A stretch of DNA of 32,000 bases, taken from NCBI RefSeq assembly GCF_000008665.1, contig NC_000917.1, positions 1,650,001-1,682,000 of the forward strand, in the 5' to 3' direction. Every line of letters begins with the position of its first letter. Position 1 is the first letter of the stretch. Below, piece by piece: positions 16,836 through 32,000 of the stretch. This DNA comes from Archaeoglobus fulgidus DSM 4304 (GTDB taxonomy: Archaea; Halobacteriota; Archaeoglobi; Archaeoglobales; Archaeoglobaceae). The notes under the pieces are model-generated. The model ran no database searches, was not told the DNA's origin, and saw only the letters and a program-made list of their open reading frames with translations. The position numbers were made by a program, and so were the translations under genes.

Positions 16836-18680
16836 ATGGAAGAGAGGGAAAAAGTTGTTTTTGCTGCAACTCTTGCAGCAACGTTTAAGCCAGACTTGAT
16901 GACGAACGACAAAATTGAAGCTGCAACGAAGGGTCATGGAACGCTCGTAATACCGGTTCTCTGTGCCGCAAACTCAATTGCTGAAGACATGTTCGGTGCA
17001 GTTGAGGAGCCCGGAATGAGGCTGATGGGTTCAGCAACCCTTGTTGATGCTGCCGCACCGCTACTCCCGCTCGACCTTGTAATTCAGAAGGCCGTTAATG
17101 AAGCAAAGAACGCCGGAGCATCGCCGGAGAATGCGGCGCTGATCGTTGCTGCCCTCGCTTACTTCTCCGGAGCCGCTGCAAGGGCAGGAGTTCCAATGGC
17201 AAACAGAAAGCTGGGAGCGATGGCCAGAATGCACGCAGGAGCCAGCAGAACGAGCGGTATAGCACTTGTTACAAACAAATTCACGCATAGGATGCCCACC
17301 TTTCCGGCCTACAAAGCAGTTTTCGAGCAGCTCCTCGATAAGAAGCTTACTAGAGTTGACGGCTCCGTTCTGCCACCCTTTATTGCAGGCGGAGCCATTT
17401 ACGGACACAGCGCTCTTGGTGAGGATGTTAACATTCCCGAACTCGCTAAGAATGCCGCAAAGGTTGGAACTGAGGCCATGATGAGAGCCATGGAAGGGGC
17501 TGGAATTACACCCTATCCGCTCTGGCCCGCTTTGATTGGCGCAACAGTCGCAATGGAGATCTTGCATCCAGACGCCTTCCTGGGTGAGGAATACGGCGCG
17601 TTTGGGAGCGTTGATTCAGCGTACATGGCAGGAAAAGGTGCTGCTGAGGCTGCCGGACTGCCTGAGAAGATTCATGTACGCGGAACGGGGGAGGAGTTTG
17701 ATACAGCAAGAGTCATCGGTGATTTCGGTCTTATACTGAAGGACATAGGCGGGTCGTCAGTTATAGACTCAATGGCTCTCAACGAGATTTTTGCAGGTTT
17801 TGAGGAGTCACCGATAATCGGTGCTGGCTTCTCTGGAGGGCCCGTCAACCCACCGCTTGGACACCTCTGCGGGGATAGCGTACCTGCAATCAGGCTGCTC
17901 ATGAAGTACGAAGGGGACATCTACAAAGTTGCTGAGGAAATAAGGAACTACAAGATGAACTCGTTCATCGACCCAGAGATGGCGCTTTGCGCTCTAAACA
18001 CCATAACGAGAAAGGCTGAAGAGGTCAAGAGAGGACCTGTAACCAGAGCATGCATGATAGCAAGTGAAAACGTGAGAGGCAGAGCAGTTTACAGGAGGGC
18101 CGTGAAAGCATACGAGATGCTGAAGGAGGGTAAGAGCGTTGATGAAGTCGCAAAGGCTCTGGATGAAGAGAGAAAGGCATACGTGGAAAAGAGAGGCTCG
18201 GCAATTCTCTCGGCGTTCACAGGCAAGAAGATAGAGTTCAGGTTTACGGAGCTCAGACCTCAGGCGAGAAGGACGGATGGATTCACCAAGAAGTACTGGG
18301 GCTTCGACTCGTACATCTCCTACGACGTTACAATAGACGGGAAGACCTACCACATTGAGAACCTGTCCGCAAAGGCTGTTGTGGACTTCGCTCTTGAAGG
18401 TAAAGGCAGAGACGACCCTGACTACGGAACCGCTTTATTTGCAGGCGCTGTATTGGCACAGGAGCTTCAGTATATCGGGCACACGATCATCAACGTCACC
18501 GTTCCGGCAGCGGTTGCAGCGATCCTTGGTGCTGATGAAAAGGATGCAGCAAAGATGGCCGAAAATGGAGCTTACCTGACAAGGGCCATTCCAGGTGCCA
18601 AGAACAACGCCAAGGAGGTTGCGAAGCTTGCGAAAATGATATACTCAAGATTACAGGAGAAGGGCGAAATATTACCTTGA
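16836..18680 (+). CDS. Conserved-looking protein of unknown function (614 aa)
   Basis: Long uninterrupted ORF, archaeal codon usage, 6-nt gap to larC. I do not recognise a known family signature. Gly/Ala- and His-rich conserved-looking blocks (MHAGASRTSG, YGHSALGED, GHLCGDSVPA, AQELQYIGHTIINVTVPAAVAAILG). Confidence 0.75.
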   Translation: MEEREKVVFAATLAATFKPDLMTNDKIEAATKGHGTLVIPVLCAANSIAEDMFGAVEEPGMRLMGSATLVDAAAPLLPLDLVIQKAVNEAKNAGASPENAALIVAALAYFSGAAARAGVPMANRKLGAMARMHAGASRTSGIALVTNKFTHRMPTFPAYKAVFEQLLDKKLTRVDGSVLPPFIAGGAIYGHSALGEDVNIPELAKNAAKVGTEAMMRAMEGAGITPYPLWPALIGATVAMEILHPDAFLGEEYGAFGSVDSAYMAGKGAAEAAGLPEKIHVRGTGEEFDTARVIGDFGLILKDIGGSSVIDSMALNEIFAGFEESPIIGAGFSGGPVNPPLGHLCGDSVPAIRLLMKYEGDIYKVAEEIRNYKMNSFIDPEMALCALNTITRKAEEVKRGPVTRACMIASENVRGRAVYRRAVKAYEMLKEGKSVDEVAKALDEERKAYVEKRGSAILSAFTGKKIEFRFTELRPQARRTDGFTKKYWGFDSYISYDVTIDGKTYHIENLSAKAVVDFALEGKGRDDPDYGTALFAGAVLAQELQYIGHTIINVTVPAAVAAILGADEKDAAKMAENGAYLTRAIPGAKNNAKEVAKLAKMIYSRLQEKGEILP

Positions 18681-18686
18681 TTTTTT

Positions 18687-19888
18687 ATGAGAATTCTTAT
18701 TTTTGACCCGAAAATAGCAGGCGTATCAGGAGATATGCTCCTCTCTTCACTCATCGACCTTACAAACTCCCTTGACGAGGTGTTAGAGCTTGAGGAGGTA
18801 ATAAACAGGCTGGACTCGTGCAGGAAGTTCAAGGTAAACGTCGTGGAAAGGGATGCTGGAATCAGGGCGAAAGGGCTTGAAATCGAGATTGAAGAGAGAA
18901 AGCTGGCAAACCCTTCGGAATTCAAGAGGGCGGTGGAGTTCGTTGTGAATCACATGGACCTGCCAGAAAGGGGAGCAAAATGGTCTGGAATGTAATTGAT
19001 GACCTCATAAGCGCTGAAGCCGCGCTTCACGGTAATAACTTTCACCTTCACGAGGTTGCGTCTCTCGACACTATTTTTGACGTTGTGGGAAGCGCCGCGC
19101 TACTCTGCAGAAACGGCTACCTCGACGCGGAAATCTACACGACTCCACCAGCGCTAGGCGGAGGGAGCATAGAAATAGCTCACGGCAGAATAACCATTCC
19201 TGCTCCAGCCACTCTCGAAATTCTTAGGAGACATAAGTTCCGCTACTCCAACTTCAACGTTGATGCCGAACTTACAACACCAACCGGCGCTGCAATCCTC
19301 GCAAACTTAACGGAAAACATCGTTGACGTTTTTCCACCCATGACACCGTTTAGGGTGGGCTACGGCTCAGGAACAAGGAAAATACATGGCGTTGTCAACG
19401 TTTTGAGGGTTGCTGAGGGAGATGCTTTCCAGGCGGTTAACGACAGGATAGTGATTCTGGAAACAAACGTTGACGATGCAAGCGGTGAGATTATAGGCCA
19501 TGCAGCAACCAGACTATTCGAGGAGGGGGCTGTAGATGTCTATGTAACTCCTGCAATCGGAAAAAAGAATAGGCCTACACACGTAATTTCAGTAATAACT
19601 GATTACAAAAACTACTCCCGGCTGGTTGAGCTGCTGATGAGAGAAACGGGAACGATAGGAGTGAGAATCTACGAGCTGCCGAGAATGGTGGCTCAGAGGA
19701 AAAAAGAGAGAGTTGAGGTGTTTTTAGAGGGGAAAAAATTCGAGATTACCGTTAAGATATCAAGAGTGGGAGAGAAAGTTATCAACGCAAAGCCGGAGTA
19801 CGAGGATTTAAAGAGGGTGGCGAGGGAGCTTAATCTGCCACTAAGAGAGGTCGCAAAAAAGGTGGAAAAAATACTCACATCTTCCTGA
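18687..19888 (+). CDS. larC: Nickel-pincer cofactor insertion protein LarC family, split by a one-base frame disruption near 18970-18980
   Basis: Upstream ORF 18687..18995: MRILIFDPKIAGVSGDMLLSSLIDL. Downstream ORF 18980..19888: AEAALHGNNFHLHEVASLDTIFDVVGSAALL, YTTPPALGGGSIEIAHGRITIPAPATLEIL, ELTTPTGAAILANL, VILETNVDDASGEIIGHA, DVYVTPAIGKKNRP. The two halves form one LarC-like protein after a -1 shift. Confidence 0.87.
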
Positions 19889-21212
19889 GCGCATCCTCTG
19901 CTGCAAGTATTACTGGTGGGGTGGTGGGAGCTGAAGTTAAAAGCGGATGCGTGCCTATCTGAAGCGTGTCTATCTCTGAGGCGGTCAGGTTGTTCTGGAT
20001 TGCCATTGCTATCTGATTTACCATTTCTCCAACCTCATATCTCCCAGTAACCTGACCTCCAAGGATTACACCACTCTCCTTGGCAAAGATCAGCTTCACC
20101 TTCGTCTTTGCCGCCCCGGGGATACTTGCCAGATGTCTGTTTAAGCTCTCTCCGTAGCCTGCAACGACCTCAAAACCTTCTTTCTTCGCCATCTCCTCAG
20201 TAAGGCCTGCAGCGCCGAGTGCAACATCCCCAACGAAGGTTGAGAAAACACCCACCGTTCCCTTGTTCACTCTCACAACCTTGAGAGAGTACAGATTTGC
20301 CCCAACAATTCTCGCTTCGAAGGTGGCAGTTGAAGCTAACATTACCCTGCTCGTTTCCCTGGTGAAAAAGTCCTTTTCTTCCGAACAGTCCCCAACGGCG
20401 AAAACGTCTTTCTCGCTCGTCCTTCCGTACTCATCCGTCCATATTCTATTTCCTATGCTTATTCTAAGTCCTGCCTTCTTAGCAAGCTCTATGTTCGGAC
20501 GGTATCCCACCGACATTATGACCACATCTGCCTCAATCTTCCTGCCATCCGCGAGTTCAACAGCTTCTACGCTGGAATTGCCCGTAATCCTCTTAACTGT
20601 CGAGTTCAGATAAACTTCTACTCCAAGCTTCTTGAGCTCTTCCTCAGCAATTCTTGCGAATTCCTTGTCAAAAGCGGCTGGAAGCAGCTGATCCATCATT
20701 TCCACCATCGTAAACTTTTTCCCAGCTTTAGCAATCTGCTCTCCTACCTCGACACCTATGAACCCGCCTCCGACTATGACAACCTTTTCAGCCTTTTTTA
20801 CTGCCTCATGCAGTTTTCTGAGCTCTTCTATGTTCTTCGAGACCGTGAAAACTCCTTTCTTCTCAACCCCCTCTATTCTCGGCATCACCGGTGTTGAACC
20901 CGTTGCAAAAACAAGCTTCTCGTATGAAATGCTCTTTCCACCCTTCGTTCTCACGACCTTGGCTTTTACGTCAACATCTTCGACCTCATCGATGATGAAC
21001 TCAATCCCAAGGTTCTCTGCAGGCTTCGTTGGCATCACGTCAGCCTCTACAGAGCCGAGAGTTTTGAAGATGTACGGTATACCGCAAGGCACCAAACTTG
21101 TTTCCTCTTTCTTTATTATCGCCACGCTCTTGGCAGGGTAAAACTTTTTAGCCGTCGTTGCTGTGACTATTCCTGCTGGTCCACCTCCGATAATCAAAAC
21201 GTCGTACTTCAT
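19875..21212 (-). CDS. FAD-dependent pyridine nucleotide-disulfide oxidoreductase (CoA-disulfide reductase / NADH oxidase-like)
   Basis: MKYDVLIIGGGPAGIVTAT; single redox Cys SLVPCGIPYIF; KVVIVGGGFIGVEVGEQ; EKDVFAVGDCSE. The ORF track extends to 21221, but ATG at 21212 is the more likely start. Confidence 0.87.
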   Translation of the reverse strand: MKYDVLIIGGGPAGIVTATTAKKFYPAKSVAIIKKEETSLVPCGIPYIFKTLGSVEADVMPTKPAENLGIEFIIDEVEDVDVKAKVVRTKGGKSISYEKLVFATGSTPVMPRIEGVEKKGVFTVSKNIEELRKLHEAVKKAEKVVIVGGGFIGVEVGEQIAKAGKKFTMVEMMDQLLPAAFDKEFARIAEEELKKLGVEVYLNSTVKRITGNSSVEAVELADGRKIEADVVIMSVGYRPNIELAKKAGLRISIGNRIWTDEYGRTSEKDVFAVGDCSEEKDFFTRETSRVMLASTATFEARIVGANLYSLKVVRVNKGTVGVFSTFVGDVALGAAGLTEEMAKKEGFEVVAGYGESLNRHLASIPGAAKTKVKLIFAKESGVILGGQVTGRYEVGEMVNQIAMAIQNNLTASEIDTLQIGTHPLLTSAPTTPPVILAAEDALRKM

Positions 21213-21366
21213 AATACACATGCTCTCGATGAATATTTAAACTTATAAGAATATTAATAAATAAAATCTTTCAGTTATAAACCTTTTGTGAATATTTCTT
21301 TTTCTGTTTCGATAGATTAATTATAATGCTCTAAATATTTTCAACGGAACGCAATCAACAACAAAA

Positions 21367-22236
21367 TCAACTCCGAATCCTGAAAAATCCCATCCCGAAG
21401 CTCGCCTTTGCTCCACCGCCAATAAGCTCGCCTATTGACAGGAGAGTCAGAGCATTATCGTCAATTTCTGAAATCGAATATCTCGCCCTCCCCGTAACAC
21501 CGAAAAAAGACCTTAACCCCTGCCTTTTCGACCTGTGATGCAACTCGTGTTTCTCCCAGCTTGATTCCAGTGTTTCAGCTTCGCAGTAAAATTCAGGCAC
21601 CTCTCCACTGCCATACTCGTTGACGAAGAGGATTAGCCTCCTTCGCACTATGTGAATGAGGAATGGAAGATTTATGGGGGTTTTGGCTTCCATGGGAGTT
21701 AGATAATCAACCTCTATCTCCTTTTCCACCTCTCTGGGTTTGATTTTGCCCAGCTCAATGCTACTAAGGTTCTCAACAAAAACCGTTTCGCCATCGTAAA
21801 CCTCCTTTCCGCTTATGGCATCTGAAATGCTTACTATTTCGTATTTGCTTGTAGCATTGAGCCCCATTTTGCCAAGATATCGGAGACCATATATGATGTG
21901 TGGTAAGTACTTGACGTAGTCCCCAAAAACGTTGATGTAAAGCGTTAGCTCTCCTCTTCCGCTTACAGACCTGCCGAAAAAGGGCGGGATGAACACGATG
22001 GGGCGTACAGGCTGGGATCTGCCCCTTTTCTGCCTGTCTCTTGTGTAAAGGGCATGGTAGAGGCAGTCATCGACAGACTTGCAGATGTTACAGGATGGTT
22101 TAAGGTAGCTGCAGACGGCCTTCAGCAGAACGCTGCCAAAGCCCCCTCTGAACTTGTTGCCGAGGAAGGGCGGAAGGTGATACTGGGGGAAGTAGAGTCT
22201 GGCTTTAAGTCTGGTGAGTTGGAGGGAGAAGGACAT
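21367..22236 (-). CDS. cas6: CRISPR-associated endoribonuclease Cas6 family protein
   Basis: GNKFRGGFGSVLLKAVCSYLKPSCNICKSVDDCLYHALY Cys-rich segment; C-terminal glycine-rich LSIGELIGGGAKASFGMGFFRIR; same strand as the adjacent cmr genes. Confidence 0.83.
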   Translation of the reverse strand: MSFSLQLTRLKARLYFPQYHLPPFLGNKFRGGFGSVLLKAVCSYLKPSCNICKSVDDCLYHALYTRDRQKRGRSQPVRPIVFIPPFFGRSVSGRGELTLYINVFGDYVKYLPHIIYGLRYLGKMGLNATSKYEIVSISDAISGKEVYDGETVFVENLSSIELGKIKPREVEKEIEVDYLTPMEAKTPINLPFLIHIVRRRLILFVNEYGSGEVPEFYCEAETLESSWEKHELHHRSKRQGLRSFFGVTGRARYSISEIDDNALTLLSIGELIGGGAKASFGMGFFRIRS

Positions 22237-22243
22237 ATTTTGC

Positions 22244-22417
22244 TCAAAACCTGTTTTGAAGAGAGTTTTTCACAATTATCCCCGTCTTTCCAAGTATTTC
22301 GAACATTTCGCTGTAACTCTCAGCTCTTTCGAGTCCTAAAGATGAGATGATGTGTGCAGTCTCAATTATGTCTATCTTGCCTTCGATTATATTCCTGTCA
22401 ACCCTATCTAATGCCAT
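22244..22417 (-). pseudogene. Truncated HEPN-domain (DUF86/HepT-like) remnant
   Basis: Manual translation (not in the ORF track): MALDRVDRNIIEGKIDIIETAHIISSLGLERAESYSEMFEILGKTGIIVKNSLQNRF*. It resembles the HEPN/DUF86 'iDIaeHIIs..GL..PesYsE.FeiLg..GII' region and ends before the RNxLVHxY catalytic motif. Confidence 0.5.
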
Positions 22418-22699
22418 ACCTCAACCTCCTCATTCTCTCGTAGTACTCGTGATACGGGCTTTATGTCCAGATACTCCCATCATTACTCTGTTCCACCCTC
22501 CCTCTTTTCATCCTTACAGTGAATGAGGATTGAGTTTTTAGGACGTTAAACATAATCTGGCAGGGACGAGAGTCCTCACATCGTCCCTTGCAAGATTTGC
22601 CTCGTATAGTGCAGGCGGTCTGAAGTTTTCATTTACGATTGTGGATAGGCTTTCGGCATTCATTTCTATAAATTTTTCAAACTCGCTTTAAAAATTCTT

Positions 22700-25521
<2,822 letters not shown>

Positions 25522-25541
<20 letters not shown>

Positions 25542-26487
25542 TGATATCCACCTCTCGAATTACACCCGTATCTTTCCACTCCCTCAATACATTTCTAACA
25601 TCCACATCGCTTATCAAATTCCAGAGATTCACAATTTTATCAAACATTATACCCTTAGAAACTTTATCTTCTTCAAACTCCAGTATTCTACCCCTGAACT
25701 TTGTCAAAAATTGTTTTCCGAGCCCGTAATTCTCAAGAATCCGCTCCACCTCCCTGATGTTCACGAAACCTCTTCCACCAAACAAATTAGAAATATCTTT
25801 CATGATGCTACCCATTTCCAAGTTGAATATTGGCAACTCCTGCCATTTCTTGAGAATCTCTATTGTTGCCTGCCTTATGTTTTTGTTACTCGGTTTGTCT
25901 ATCCACTCTGGCTCCATCAGAGCCACATCATTCTGAAACAGATAGTAATACTTTGAGATCGTTGCCGTGTATGCGCCTGCTGTGAGCATTGCCAGATTAA
26001 TCTGATTCGTTCCTCCTATCATGTTACCCCAGACTTCCTTATCTTTTAAGGCTCTGAGTATCACTCCAATTTTCTCAAAGCAATCATCAAAATTCTGATG
26101 ATCTACTTTAACAAGATAGAATTTCTTTAAACAGAATTCCAAATTAAAATTTTTTTCGATGTGTCTAAATAGTTTCTTCAAATACTTCACAATTGGTTTT
26201 TCTACCTTCTCTTCAGACCCTCCTGAAAGACTGAACCAATTGGACTTATATTCCAGCTTTTTGCGCCCTTCAATCACATCTCGTGAGGTAAATACCACCA
26301 ATACTTCAGGTATACCTTTTGTCATTTCGTAACTGCCCTTTTTCTCCGCCTCACTCGAGTACTTGAAAAATTCTTTGGCCTCTTCAATTCCAAGAGCTTG
26401 AGCAATCTGAAGAGTGTACACTGCCGTCAATGGTACAGTAACAGCACCCGGTCGAAAGCCTACACCTGAGATGTGATACACACCCAT
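25522..26487 (-). CDS. CARF-like CRISPR-associated protein without a recognisable effector nuclease motif
   Basis: EVLVVFTSRDVIEG...VILRALKDKEVWGNMIGGTNQINLAMLTAGAYTATISKYYYLF resembles CARF/Rossmann 'GGT..(m/i)' motif architecture; no Rx4-6H HEPN or PD-(D/E)xK motif seen in the C-terminal half; overlaps csx3 by 20 nt. Confidence 0.6.
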
Positions 26488-31450
<4,963 letters not shown>

Positions 31451-31501
31451 TGGCTATCAAAGGAAAATATTAAGCTTTCGAAATGTGCTCATTTTACAGT
31501 G

Positions 31502-32000
31502 TTACGGTACAATCAACCCAGCGAGTTCGGTTGCACTCACAATCAGGGGCTTTCTCTTCTTCACCTCAATCAACCCCATCTTCTCAAGAGCTGCAAGATG
31601 CCTCCTTATGGTGCTCTCATCCTTGCCCAAGTGCTTGGATAAGCCTCTCACGTCTCTCAGCCCGTTCATAACGGCCTTAAGGACTTCAACTTTATCATCA
31701 CCAAGCGGTGACTTGACTATTTTCAGAACTCCAACGGGCAGCTCCACAATATCAGAGAAATCTTCTTTCTCAATCTCAACTTTCAGGTTTTCTGGCAGCC
31801 CCAACATGCATGCGAGAAGCACGATGACGACCAAAACTCTCATACCTCCGCTGATATTAACAACAACCAAATCATAGCCCTCAACCTCTTTGATTTTATC
31901 CGCAACCTCTCTGATTGCTTTTTCAACACTCTTCAGCTCAACCTGTAGAACTTCAACCTCCACCCTGTCTCCGTAGGAAGTTTCCAGAAGCTTTCGAATC
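31502..32000 (-). CDS. csa3: Csa3-like CARF-wHTH CRISPR transcription regulator (partial; N-terminus beyond window end)
   Basis: The reading frame stays open to the window edge: IRKLLETSYGDRVEVEVLQVELKSVEKAIREVADKIKEVEGYDLVVVNISGGMRVLVVIVLLACMLG + C-terminal wHTH VLKAVMNGLRDVRGLSKHLGKDESTIRRHLAALEKMGLIEVKKR. Confidence 0.82.
   Translation of the reverse strand, partial: IRKLLETSYGDRVEVEVLQVELKSVEKAIREVADKIKEVEGYDLVVVNISGGMRVLVVIVLLACMLGLPENLKVEIEKEDFSDIVELPVGVLKIVKSPLGDDKVEVLKAVMNGLRDVRGLSKHLGKDESTIRRHLAALEKMGLIEVKKRKPLIVSATELAGLIVP

Noticed and set aside
21200-22260. Possible CRISPR array adjacent to cas6
   Set aside because: No direct repeats of 25-37 nt with regular spacers seen in the AT-rich intergenic region, nor elsewhere in the window.

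Overview
This window looks like a chromosomal segment of an Archaeoglobus-type euryarchaeon; that identification is my inference from protein content, with no database search. Left to right it contains: (1) a de novo NAD operon, nadA-nadX-nadC, followed by map; (2) a convergent CbiMQO-type cobalt/nickel ECF transporter whose CbiM has a fused PDGLE/NikN-like C-terminus; (3) a putative lipoprotein built from repeated domains; (4) a TrmB-like regulator and a frameshifted bacterio-opsin-activator-like (HTH_10) regulator; (5) a cooS-type Ni CO dehydrogenase with an MBL-fold hydrolase and an HdrD/CCG-like Fe-S protein; (6) a CoA-transferase / acyl-CoA ligase divergon, a 614-aa protein of unknown family and a split larC; (7) a flavin disulfide reductase; (8) a type III-B CRISPR (Cmr) locus without an array in the window. 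In transcription order on the minus strand, that locus reads csa3-like (partial), cmr1, cmr2/cas10, cmr3, CARF-like protein, csx3 (ring nuclease), cmr4, cmr5, cmr6, cas6. The points I find most worth following are: the CARF-like protein with no visible nuclease motif, embedded with csx3 between cmr3 and cmr4; a relic of an apparent MNT/HEPN pair between cmr6 and cas6; the unknown 614-aa protein coupled to larC; and five single-base frame disruptions in four otherwise well-conserved genes, all in the 'one base missing' direction and several next to G runs. The last observation may be sequence error, pseudogenisation, or recoding in the case of larC.
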